A DNA stretch of 64,000 nucleotides, from NCBI RefSeq assembly GCF_006345805.1, contig NC_043005.1:27032001-27096000 (forward strand). The letters are read 5' to 3'. The translations under genes and the position numbers were made by a program. Of this stretch, positions 24,454-37,390 are shown piece by piece. Below the pieces are notes generated by a model. The model searched no databases. It was not told the DNA's origin and saw only the letters and a program-made list of their open reading frames with translations. Each line of letters begins with the position of its first letter. Positions within the stretch are counted from its first letter, which is position 1. Source of the DNA: Octopus sinensis. Taxonomy: Eukaryota.

Positions 24454-24967
24454 GTGAATAAAGCTGCTATCTCCTCAGGGAGAGGTTTATTTTTATATTG
24501 AAGTTATCATGGCCATCTGTTCAGCATTCTATTTTCTCATTTTGCTTTGTTTATATTTTTTCTTCCTTTTAAGAAAAGCGTAAGGTAAATTGTTTTGTTA
24601 ATTGCCAATTAATTAAATACAGTGATGATGATATCCAGTATTAGGATCATCTACTTTAGAAGCTGTCAACTAGAGCTAAACCGGTATGTATTTTTATTAA
24701 GTGCTCCAGATTAGAAACTTACTTTATATTAGACAGAAATAACAGATACAGGATGTAAGGGAGTAAGGGCCAAATCTGTGGGGACAACCTCTCTGGTACT
24801 TGGAATTACCATAGAAATACTTATAGGCATTAATAATCTTTTATCTGCAGAAGTTCTGATACAAATCGGAAGACGCCTTCAAGCCTGCTTTCACAAATAA
24901 AACTATGTTTTATTTTCTTTCTTTTTTTTCTGCTTTGTTTTATGTTTTCTTTCATTGACTGTAGCAA

Positions 24968-25956
24968 TTTAATCATTTTGATACCAACCCACCAGAAACT
25001 TCCCCTTTTTCTATGATACAAATTCCCTTTTTAACCCTTTTGTTACCAACCCGGTTGAAACCGGTTCTGGCTCTGAGTACAAATGTTTTGTTTGTATAAG
25101 TTTTGAATTAAAATCTTCCACCAAACCTTAGTCACAATTTATGCTCCTGACATTAGCTGAATGATAACTAAGTTATTTTACTAAATTCTTTGTTATATTT
25201 AAAATTAATTGAAAGAAACACAGAGCATCTCAACAGAAATATAGTAACAAAAGGGTTAAAATGCATAATAGAGAACCAATTCTTAACCCTTTTGATACCA
25301 ACCTGGCTAAAACTACTTCTGGCTCTGTTTTACAAATGTCTTTTTTTCATAAGTTTTGAATTAAAATCTTCCACCAAATCTTAGTCACAGTTTATGTTCC
25401 TAACACTAGCTGAATGATAACTAAGTTATTTTACTAAATTCTTTGTTATATTTAAAATTAATTGTAATAAACACAGAGTATCTCTAAATAAATATGGTAA
25501 TAAAAGGTTAAAATAATCTAAATTAAAACTTTCTTTCAAAATTTCACATGTATTTATGTTCTGAATTCCAGTTTTCATAATGACAATTATTTTAATAAAT
25601 TTTTGTTATTTTCAAAATTAATTGAAACAAGGACAGCATATTTCCATAGAAATATAGTAATGAAGGGGTTAATCCAATGTAAATTAAAACCTTCCTTCAT
25701 AATTCCATGTTAATTTCTGTTCCAAACACGGGTTTTGTAATGACAAAGTTATTTCAATGAATTCTTCGTTATTTTCAAGATTAACTGAAACAGGCAACAT
25801 ATTTCAACAGAAATCATCATCATCATCATCACCATCATCATCATCATCGTTATCATCATTGTCATCATCATCATCATCATCATCATCATTGTCATCAACA
25901 CCACCATCATTATCAGCATCATCATCACCATCATCACCACAATCATCACCATCCTC

Positions 25957-25990
<34 letters not shown>

Positions 25991-26310
25991 CCACCACCAC
26001 TTCAATCGTCATCATCATTTAATGTCTCTTCTTAAATACTGGCTGAGATTGGATACTTCGACATAGACTGATCAGCTGGATGGCTCGCTCTGCCAAGTTC
26101 TAATGTCAGCTTTCCCATGGTCCTTACAAACTGGATGCCCTTACTGGTGCCAACCACTTCCCAGAGTGGGTTGGCTGCTTTTCTTGTGGCACCAGCATTG
26201 GGGAGGTGACTAAGCACCTGCAAGACCAGACTGCTCAACCAAGTGGGGTATGGTATTCAGGGATATGAAAGGACAAGAGCAGGTGTCACACATGGTACCA
26301 AAAGGGTTAA
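24968..26310 (+). mobile_element. Nested cluster of at least four piggyBac-like family 2 MITEs
   Basis: Best copy 25035-25255 has TIRs CCCTTTTGTTAC/GTAACAAAAGGG with TTAA on both sides. Second copy at 25287-25507. Older copies at 24968-25670 and 25672-26310, the last split by an RTE fragment. Other copies at about 16282-16500(+) and 63060-63275(-). Confidence 0.8.
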
Positions 26311-26619
26311 AAGGATTTGGGGATAGAGCAAGCACCAACAACACTCAGGGTTATAAATTTTTTATAATGTTGCTACCTTGATGAGCAGTATTTATGACCA
26401 GTTGCTGTGTATCTAAGACTATATTTTAGAGTCCTTCCCTTTTTAAAGATAACAGAATGTAATTTTATGGAGATTTTCCTGCTATTTCTAGCAGATTGAA
26501 TAGCTGCATAGAGAACCTTAGCTTAATCACAGAATTAGACAATTTCAGAAGGTATCATAAAAAACAAAATGAAAACTTCATAAAATACAATCTATCTAGC
26601 CCTTACTTTAGCTTTTATA

Positions 26620-26980
26620 TAACCCTCACACACTGTAAGATCTAATTAACTTTTACATCCCATACAGTCTGCATACCTCCAACAAACTTTAGGGTCTATT
26701 TAAACCATATACGCTGTAATCTTTAACATTCTGTGGGTTATTTCTCTATAACTCTTATACATTACTCTCTGTTGATCTACCAGACTGTAGGGCTCTATTA
26801 AACCCTACATACTGTAGGCCTCTACACAGTGTGAGGTTTCTCTGTTGACTGCATATTCTGGGATGGCTCTGTCTTCCTTAAATCCTAAGAGTAGAATCTC
26901 TGTTGACCCTACACACTCAATGATGTCTCTGTAGCCCCTACACTCGGTTAGGTCTCTCTTTTGCCCCTACAGTACAGTGT
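26620..26980. repeat. Degenerate about 28-bp minisatellite
   Basis: Recurring CTCTGTTGACCCTACACACTGTAGGG-like units. Confidence 0.5.
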
Positions 26981-27136
26981 TTCTGTCATTAGATAGAGAG
27001 ATAGAAAGACAGATATTTATACACACACACACATATATATATATAATGATATTAGGAAGTATAACTCCAAACTTACAGGGAAAAATTCAATTTAGTATTA
27101 AATCAAATTTCACAATATAAATATATATATATATAT

Positions 27137-27341
27137 ATAGAATGGTTGTATACTGTCAATCTAACACGAACGTGACAGTAGGGGGGTACACCACCGCTGT
27201 ATAGCCCTAGGAAGCATCGACACCTCCTGATGGCTTTGACAAAGCTATCAGGAGGCGTCGATGCTTCCTAGGGCTATACAGCGGTGGTGTACCCCCCTAC
27301 TGTCACGTTCGTGTTAGATTGACAGTATACAACCATTCTAT
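27137..27341. repeat. Near-perfect palindrome, 102-bp arms, 1-nt spacer
   Basis: Arms 27137-27238 and 27240-27341 are reverse complements except A27222/C27256 and G27232/T27246. Confidence 0.97.
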
Positions 27342-27406
27342 CGCCCCACCACCGTACATGTCTCTACGAGAGATTTAGAAATTTAGTATTTCTTATATAT
27401 ATATAT

Positions 27407-27992
27407 AAATTAGAGAAAAATCACTATTATGCAATTCAAACAATGATAGACATAAATCAAATCATAAATAAAAAATAAAATATATTCTTTAAAACATATA
27501 ACTAGATCACAAAAAGTATAAAAATGAATAATCAATATATTATAAGTAACAAAAATATGTACGTTTCATGACTATAATTAAATTTGAATTTAATCGATAA
27601 TCAATTCGATTTAAAATTATAATCACTCTTCGGGTTAACAATAATAGTTAAATAAATAAGCAGAGTTAAACAATATTTATTAAAAAAATTAAATAATGAT
27701 TTTTCTCATAGAAGAAACACCATTAACTAAATTTGAAACATAAAACATTAGGATCAGTTTCCTACAATACATTTATTATGTTAAATATTTACGGTAAAAA
27801 AATAGAATAAATAGATAGAAAAATGTATTTATCTGTGAAGGTATAATTTAGCTTAATAAACTATAGAATATCTTTAACCTAGTTATACTCTAATATTTAA
27901 TTACCAAACTACATTACAAAACAATCAGTCTTAATATTTTTAGATTTTAGTTCACATATAATAATTATATAATAGTGGTTTTTCTCTAATTT
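27407..27992. mobile_element. AT-rich element with 30-bp terminal inverted repeats embedded in (TA)n
   Basis: 27407-27436 matches the reverse complement of 27963-27992 at 27/30 positions. (TA)n flanks both sides. Confidence 0.7.
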
Positions 27993-28096
27993 ATATTATA
28001 TATATATATATATATATATATGAAATGTTGCATTCAAAATGTGACCGCGTGTGTACCGTTGGCGATTTTTTTTCCCTCCGTCTTCCCTTCTCCTAT

Positions 28097-28131
28097 GTTT
28101 CTGACGAAAAACTCTGCTCGAAATGTTAAAC
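28097..28131 (+). ncRNA. Minimal type I hammerhead-like motif (degenerate) in a pLTR-like module at about 28022-28230
   Basis: GTTT-CTGACGA-AAAACTCTGCTC-GAAA-TGT-T-AAAC. Stem I GTTT/AAAC is intact; stems II and III are decayed. Confidence 0.5.
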
Positions 28132-28327
28132 CCTCCTTCTTTCCTTCTTTCCTGAGCGTCCAATAATACTATATTTGTTCCACGTCCTCGCGTTGTTGTG
28201 TTTTTTTTGTGCTTTCTTGTTTGGATTAACTATATATATGCATATATATATGTATATATATATATATATATGCATATATATATACATGTATATATATGCA
28301 TATATATATATACATGTATATATATAC

Positions 28328-28362
<35 letters not shown>

Positions 28363-28760
28363 GGTCAATAGATAGATATAAAAACAGAGAAACCGATTAA
28401 TTGCATGGATAGATAAACACATACACACACAGATACATAGAATGGTTTACAGACAAGACAGATGGATACATAAGAATGTAAATATGTTGTATTAAAAAAA
28501 AAAAGATGAATGCATTTTCGTTTTAAATGTTTATTTCATTCACATCAATCTTTTATATTTCGTCTCAGCACTGATGCTGCGTTACATATGGAGCAGATGT
28601 AACGCCAATAATTACTATATTCACAGATCATCTGTTTACTACTTTGGTCTGTGAGCTTTGGTTTGCATCTTTATGTCTGTCTATGTCTTTCAGTTTGTCT
28701 ATCTACATTTTTATATGTACTATCTATATTAATCTCTCTCTCTCTCTCTCTCTCTATCTG

Positions 28761-28801
<41 letters not shown>

Positions 28802-29117
28802 TTATATATCTATATCTATCTGCTTAGCTCTCTGTCTCTTTCTCTATATATCTATGTATCTGTTTATTTGTCTGTCTGTCTGTCTATCTTTCCATTTGTC
28901 TTTCTATCTGTCCATCTAATTTGTCTATGTGTAATGTGTGTGTGTGTGTCTGTATTCATCTGTCTGTGTCTTTGTCCGCATATCTATCTGTCTGTCTGTC
29001 TGTCTATTGTATTTTGTCCCCTCTGTGTTCAGCACTGTGTGGCTAATAAAGAAACTTATCTATCTATCTATCTGTCTGTCTGTCTGTCCGTCTATCCATC
29101 CATCCATCCATCCATAC

Positions 29118-29182
<65 letters not shown>

Positions 29183-29747
29183 GCTGTGTTTTAGTATGTC
29201 TGTCAGTATATCTCTATTTGTCTGTCCGTGTGTCAATCACTTTCTCTCTATACATCTCTTCCCCCTCTCTCTTTCTTTCTCTCCCTCTTCCTCTCTCTCT
29301 ACAAGTAGTTGCCTCTATTATCTCTTCATTGCAAAGCACTTATCTTCGCAAATCCTCTACTACTACTACTACTACTATGACTACTAAAGCGACCACCACA
29401 AGCCACTATTATCATTATTGTTTATTATTACTGCTGTTGCTGCTACTGTTGCTGCTGCTACTGCCGCTGCTGCTGCTGTTGTTATTAATCAATGATTATC
29501 TTTAAGGAACCTATTTAGTTGATTGCAATTGACAGAAAAACAACAATCATCATCGTCATCATCTGAAGGTGTGTGATTGTGTGTAGTGAATCACTCTTGT
29601 ATGAACACATACATATATTACACAGCGCATGCACACACACTCACATACATACACACACACATTACAACACTACATGATATAATCGCATGCAACATTGACA
29701 CACACAAGCACACAATTACGCCATATATCCCCCTGCTCCTTCCTCCT

Positions 29748-29782
<35 letters not shown>

Positions 29783-31678
29783 TGCATGCATACATTGCAT
29801 AGTGACATACACTCTACACCTAGGTGCTCTCCTCCTCTTCCTCCTCCTCTCCCTCTCCATTCTCTTCGTTAACCACAGAATGATGTCTAGACAAGCTCGG
29901 CTTGTTGCCTCTGGTGGTAGTGGTGGTGGTGGTGTTTGTGCCGTCATCATCGTCATTGTCAGCATTATTGTCACCTGCACAACCTCCATAATCATCACCC
30001 TCATCATCATCACCATCATCATCATCACAATCATCATCATCACCATCATCGCCGTTGTTGTCATCACGATCATCATCATCATCATCGTTGTCATCACCAT
30101 TATCATCATCATCATCATCACTACCATCACCAGTGTCATCTCATACTCATTAACAGCGTCCTCGCCATCACCATTGGTAACATTATACTCATCATCATCA
30201 TTTCTGTCGACATGGAGAGCTTTTAAGACTTTGTGTGTATGCGTGTATGAATGTGCATGTATGTATGTCTGTGTGTGTATGTGTTTATAAAGATTTAAAG
30301 ATGAGTAATGTTTCTTGTTCTGTGTACACAGATTTATTGTTGATGTTGTTGATATTGCTGTCGTTGTTGTTGCTGCTGCTGTAAAGGAGTCTGAGTAAAT
30401 ATGAGTATCTAATCAATACCGGCCCAGTGACTCCATGTCTCAACTGAATCACCTCCTCCTCTTCAGGTTGCTGTCACCTGATCATAATGTTGGTAGCTGC
30501 AGTGGTGACAATGATGTTGATGATGATGATGATGACGATCTTGATGATGATGATAATGATGGTGATCATGTTGGTGATGATAGTACTTGTGATGGTGATG
30601 GTCACGATAAATGTACGGATGATGATGACAACGATGATGATGATGATGATGGTGACAATATTGGTTTCAAATTTTTGCTGAGGACCAGTAAATTCAAGGA
30701 AGGGGATAAGTGGATGACATTGCCCCCACCCCCTCACTCGACTGGTCCTTATTTTATCAATCCCAATAAAGGATGAAAGAAAAAGTCGACCTCAGCAGAA
30801 TTTGAACTCAGAACGTAAAGTCAGACGAAATGCTGCTAATGATTCTGCCACATTGCCACATTAAGATGATGATGATGATGATGATAATCACCATCATCAT
30901 CATCATCATTTAACATCTACCTTCCATACTGGCATGGGTGGGATGGTTTGACAGGAGCCAGCCAGGCAGAAGCCTGCACCAGGCTTTTGTGACTGTTTTG
31001 ACAGGATTTTTACAACTGGATGCCCTTCCTAGCACCAACCACCCAGCAGAGTGAATTTGGTGCTTTTTAGAAGGCACCTGCACAGGTGAGGTCAGTTTTA
31101 GCAAAGGTTTTACAGCTGGATGCCCTTTCAATTGTCAACCATTTTACAGTGTGGACTGGATGCTTTTCAAGTGGCACCTGCACTGACAGGGTCACCAAGT
31201 AACCTGCAAGGTAAAAATATTGGCAATAAATCTGGCTGAAGTAGTGGTGATGATGATGTTGCTTGTGATAGTGATGATGGTTACAACAAAAGTGTTGCAA
31301 ATATACATGATGATGATGATAATAGTACTGGTGTAAAGGGCAATTGTTAGGCTTGTAACAACAATATGACAGCTATCACACACACACATCACACATGCAC
31401 ACACACACACACACAGATTGATTACTGACTTACAAACTTATCTATGTCTGTATATATTTATTGTATAGTCTCTGTTTGCATATCTGTGTGTGTGAGTGTA
31501 TGCATGTTTTTGTATGTACACAGGCATGGCTATGTGGTAAGAATTCTGCTCCCCAACAACATGGTTCCAGGTTCAGTCCCACTGTAGGCAAGTGTCTTCT
31601 ACTTATAGAATCAGGCCTTTCAAAGCCTTGTTATTGGATTCGGTAGACCAAAACTGAACAAGGCCATTACACTCACAC

Positions 31679-31723
<45 letters not shown>

Positions 31724-32402
31724 AAGGTGGTTGTCCACTCCTTATGCAGATTCTGACCACCTCTTGTACTTACACCTTAGATCCATTGTAGCGTCCCATA
31801 TGGCTTTTTAAACCAGACAGTGCATTGAAAAGACACCCACATAGATTGCATGTTTGATTTGGAGCACCAAGAGCTGTAGATAAGTTCTGATCTTTGTGGA
31901 TTTTAAAATGTCTTTTGAGGCCTCTGTTAGATTTGCAGACATATAAGAGGATTCACATACATATAAGAGGAATGACCACAAGGTGGAGTCCTAATATGCT
32001 AAATGTAGACTCCATATGGTCTGACCACTAAGAAAAATTGTTCTCAGCAAAATTTGGCAAAAGCCAGAATGTAAAGCGAGCAAGACAAATGAAAAGATAC
32101 AAAATATAATCATTAGTCACATACCATGGTTTCATTGTTACCATTTACATTACATAAATGTCCTCAAATCCTCAGTGTGACCGTCATAGAAAAATGTAAT
32201 TGGCAGAACTATACATGAGACGTCCTCCCGAGAGAGAGAACATGCATACAGTTCTATCAATTATATTTGGGGATATATTTCAAATGTCTTTGTTTTGGCA
32301 CACCAAAGCTGGAAATGACTCTGCAGAAAATAATTTTTTGCATCGAAGCCTGCCAATTAGAGAACAAGGTTATTTAAATTTTTTACCCTTATTATTTAAA
32401 TT

Positions 32403-32433
<31 letters not shown>

Positions 32434-33412
32434 ATGATGGGCTTCTTTCAGTTTTCATCTACCAAATCCACTCACAAGGCTCTGGTCAGCCTAAGGTGCC
32501 ATGCAATGGGACTGAATCCGGAACCATGTGGTTGGTAAGCATGCTACTTACCACACAGCCATTCCTTAATACAGATCATTTCATCTTTGTAGTTTCATGT
32601 TTAACTGACAATCATCAGCATCAATACAATATCTCAAGAAAGGTATTTATGAAATAATTGGGATACAGTTGTTGTTGGGACCATTTCATTTCAATAGATC
32701 TTAAAATTGGGCCCTAAGCATTTTATTCTCCTTCTTGAATTTTGCTAAAAAGGAGCTTGTAGTACAGATATATATTGTATGCTTAAAGCATTCAGCAATT
32801 CATAGGTGTGTATATTTATCCATGAATCTGTACAGATGTTATTTTTACTTTTGTTTATTTTTTATACCAATCCCACCTTTATTGAAAAGGGTGACATTTC
32901 CTTCCTGTGTTATCATAACAGCAACACCAGCCATAACAATAATGACAATGATGTGTAAATAATTAAAATGAATGTCAATTTCCTGATATTGTCCCCACTG
33001 ACCTTCCTTACTTGGTCACTTCCTTACCTTTCCTTAATTAGTTTCTCCAAACAAATGAAAGAAGGTATTGTAAATAGATGGCTATCAGTCTTCCTGTCCC
33101 TTCTTCCACTCCTACCTACACACATACACCTGTTTCCTCACCTCTCAGTCTTTGTCAGTGCTCCCTATTTTAAGGGTGTAAAGGTAAATACCAATACAAC
33201 AACAGCATCCAGTGTATTCTATTGTGTTCTGATGTACAAAGCTGTTGTGAGGGAAAAAAAATACTTAGAGGAAGTTCCACTGGGTATCATTCCTCCACCT
33301 GCTATAACAGTAATAGTAGCAGTGGTGCCGGTGATCAGAACAGGAAATTAGTGTTTCTTACACACCAGCACATACACACACACACACACACACACATACA
33401 CACACATACAAA

Positions 33413-33463
<51 letters not shown>

Positions 33464-33660
33464 GTATACTCTTTTACTTGCTTCACTCATTTGACTGCGA
33501 CTATGCTGGAGCACCACCTATAGTTGAAGAAATCGACCCCAAGACTTACATTATCAGTCTCTTTTGCTGAACCACTAAGTTACAGAGACGTAAATATACC
33601 AACATCGGTTGTCAGGTGATGGTGGTGGGGGGACAAATGCAAACACACAAGTATATATAT

Positions 33661-33695
<35 letters not shown>

Positions 33696-34220
33696 GCACA
33701 ATAGGCTTCTTTCAGTTTCCATCCACCAAATCCACTCACAAGGCTTTGTTCGGCTTGAGGCTAGAATGGAAGGCACTGAACCCGGAACCATGTGGTTGGG
33801 AAGCAAGCTTCTTACCACACAGCCATTTCTGCGCCTATATATATATATTTCCCTCAGTGTTCACTATTTTCCCCTCATTCAGGTCAAGCGACCTTCCATT
33901 TTTGTTTGCATTCAGTTTCCCTGTATATCCCCACTGTCTTGCTTTTGTTCCTAACTTTGACCCTCCATAAACCCAAAATTTTATTTTGGTATTTATGAGA
34001 GGAACTGTCTTTGAAGACTCATATTGTCGTTGATTGCTCAAAATGGTGAGTGGATAGACAACCGACAATTGATAAAGGGTCATTCTTTGTATTACTTGTC
34101 CCTTTTTTTCTCTCTCGTTATTTGCGTATTTAACTCATTTGTTTTCGTATCTCATGTTGTTTACTGTTGGTGACATCCTGTACCCATGTATGCATATTAT
34201 ATATATATATATATATATAT

Positions 34221-35650
34221 ATAAGTAGGAAAGCAGACAAACCACAAATCCCTTCAGGTAGATGGCCCTACTCAATCTGTAGACAAGGCGTAGATAGAAA
34301 CTCTATAAGATGTATCCAGTGCTAGCTATGGACACATAAGAGGTGCAGCAATATCAAAGGAAGGCTAACTGGGAAGATAGTTTTTGTATGTGGCAGATGC
34401 TCAGGAGCAATAAACACTGAAAATGTGCAGAGAACAACTTCTGCCACATTCCAGGGAGAAAAACTAGAAGTCGTTGATAGCTTCTGTTATCTAGGTGACC
34501 AAGTCAGTAGCGGGGGAGGGTGTGCTGAAAGGGTAGCGGCTGGAATAAGAATAGCTTGGGCAAAGTTCAGAGAGCTCTTACCTCTGCTGGTGAGAAAGGG
34601 CCTCTCGCTCAGAGTAAAAGGTAGACTGTATGACGCATGTATATGAACAGCCATGCTACATGGCAGTGTAACATGGGCTGTGACTGCTGAGGACATGCGT
34701 AAGCTTGCAAGGAATGAAGCCAGTATGCTCTGCTGGATGTGTGATGTCAGTGTGCATACTCGACAGAGTTTAAGTACTTTGGGAGAAAATTTGGACCTAA
34801 GAAGCATCAGATGTGGTGTGCAAGAGAGACGACTGTGCTGATATGGTCATGTGGTGAGAATGGATGAGGATAGCTGTGTGAAAAAGTGCCACACCCTAGT
34901 GGTTGAGGGAACCTGTGGAAGAGGTAGACCCAGGAAGACCTGGGATGAGGTGGTGAAGCACAACCTTCGAACATTAGGCCTCACTGAGGCAGGTACTAGT
35001 GACCGAGACCTTTGGAAATATGCTGTGGTTGAGAAGATACAGCAAGCCAAGTGAGACCATAACCCATGGCCTATGCCAGGGGTGTAACCAGCCCACTTAT
35101 GCATACCTTTCCTTCATTGGACACTAAACTCTGCTTGCGACGACCTGTTGAAGCAAGTGAAATTGGAATCGAAATCGAAATCAGATTCGATGACTGGCAT
35201 CCGTGCTATTGGAGCACTAAGAGCATCATCTGAGCATGATCATTGCCAGAGCAGCTGACAGTCTTCCATGCCAGTGGCACATAAAAAGCACCATTCGAGC
35301 ATGATCGTTACCAGTGTTGCCTTACTGGCACTTGTGCTGGCGACATGGGAAAAAAAATATTCAAGTGAGGTCATTGGCAATGCTGCTGGACTGGCTCCTG
35401 TGCAGGTGGCACTTAAAAAGCATTATTTGAGCATGGCCGATGCCAGTACCGCTTGACTGACCCTCATGCCGGTGGCATGTAAAAGCACCCACTACACTCT
35501 CAGAGTGGTTGGCATTAGGAAGGGCATCCAGCTGTAGAAACTCTGCCAGATCAGATTGGAGCCTGGTGCAGCCATCTGGTTCGCCAGTCCTCAGTCAAAT
35601 CATCTAACCCATGTTAGCATGGAAAGCGGATGTTAAACGTTGATGATGAT
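34221..35650 (+). mobile_element. 5'-truncated RTE-clade LINE pseudogene (PHD-like finger, RT C-terminus, 3' UTR)
   Basis: One frame spans 34221-35054 with stops at 34323, 34644 and 34839: SGRWPYSICRQGVDRNSIRCIQC*LWTHKRCSNIKGRLTGKIVFVCGRC...EVVDSFCYLGDQ...RGRPRKTWDEVV...DRDLWKY. Ends in (GAT)n. Confidence 0.92.
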
Positions 35651-35663
35651 AATATATACTCCA

Positions 35664-35708
<45 letters not shown>

Positions 35709-36117
35709 TAGATAGATAGATAGATATAGAGATATGTATATGTATATAGATAGATAGATTTATGTGTGTATGTATGTACTTAGTAGGTACAAAAGTGGGG
35801 ATGGCCACTATTGTCTAAGGAGATGATGCAAGAGGGAAATTTTCAGCAGGAAATAGTTAATTTTCCATTCATTCTTTACTGATCATCTTAATTGTTGCTG
35901 TTACATTAGCAGTGATTGTAACATGGTGGCAGGGGTTGTAGTTGGGTGGTGAAGGTGGTTGTTATTGTAATACTGCTGTGTGTTATTGTGGTGGTGGTGG
36001 TAGCAGCAAAAAATAAATGAACTGTTATTAAACAGCTGGGCATAAATGATCCAGATTATAAATAGTCTAAAGAAAAGAAAGCAAGACAGGTTTATAACCA
36101 ATCCTTCCTATATACAT

Positions 36118-36154
<37 letters not shown>

Positions 36155-37224
36155 GTCGATTTCTTAAACTAAAGGTGGTGTTCCAGCATGGCCACAGTTA
36201 AATGACTGAAACAAATAAAAGAATAAAAGAATGTGTGTGTATATATATATCATCATCATCATTGTTAAATGTCTGCTTTCCATGCTGGCGTGGGTTGGAT
36301 GGTTTGACTGGGGACTGGTGAGCTAGATGGCTGTACCAGGCTCCAATCTGATCTGGCAGGGTTTCTACAGCTGGATGCCCTTCCTAACGCCAACCACTCT
36401 GAGAGTGTAGTGGGTGGTTTTACTTGCCACCGGCACGTAGGGCCAGTCAGGCAGTACTGGCAACGGCCATCAGCCAGATAGAAGCCTGCACCAGACTTCT
36501 GTGGCTGTTTTGGCAGGATTTTTGCAGCTGGATGCCCTTCCTAGCACCAACCACTCAGCAGAGTGGACTTAGTGCTTTTTATGTGGCACAAGCACAGGTG
36601 AGGTCAGATTTGGCAAGGTTTTTGCAGCTGGATACCCCTCCAAATGTCAACCACTTTACAGTGTGGACTGGATGTTTTTTAAGTGGCACCTGCACTGACA
36701 GGGTCACCAAGTACTTGTAAGGCAAAAAGAAAAATACTTTTTGGGAGGGGAGGGAGCATTGGAGGAGGTGATCTTTTATCAGATGATGAAAGGTTACAGT
36801 AAGAGAGAAAAAGAAACAGGTGTTTTGTTGTAGAAGAGGTACAAGGTTTCCCAGCTGGTGGTGGGGGATCAGGAATGAAGACAGAGACAGGTGCACTGCC
36901 ACAAAGGAAATACATAGTTACCCAACCTGAGAGAAGTGCTAGAGAAGGGGAGAGAGACAGACAGGCAGCAGGATAGAGATGGTGGCAAAGTGCGGGGCAT
37001 ATGCAATGATACAGTGAGGCAAGGCATGGGTGGAAAATGCTGCTCGGAAGCTAGTGGAAGGCAATGATACAATGGCACGTGGCCAAGAGTACAGGATTGG
37101 GGTGTAGGAGGTAAGCCTAGTGCATGAAGTGGAAATGTGAGGAAGAGAAGAGATGTAGTTTGGTTTGTTGTGGTAGAGTGTGTGAGAAATGTTCTTGTTA
37201 AGTGTGGGTGAGATACACAGCACT

Positions 37225-37390
37225 TCTAGAACTCAATCTTGCTGACATGGGTGAGTCTTTTCAAGAATTTCATATTGCCAGACATCTTGGTCCATTGTCA
37301 TTTCCTCCATGAAGTTCAACATCCTGAGATTGGTCCTTACCATTTCATTCCATGTCTTTCTGGGTGTCCCTCTACCACGGGTACCATCTA
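37225..37390 (-). mobile_element. Diverged RTE ORF C-terminal fragment
   Basis: EVDGTRGRGTPRKTWNEMVRTNLRMLNF.EEMTMDQDVWQY is homologous to 34900-35054. Confidence 0.75.

Noticed and set aside
27440-27960. Mitochondrial insertion (numt) suggested by extreme AT content
   Set aside because: No mitochondrial gene, tRNA or rRNA motif was recognised, and the terminal inverted repeats explain it better as a mobile element.
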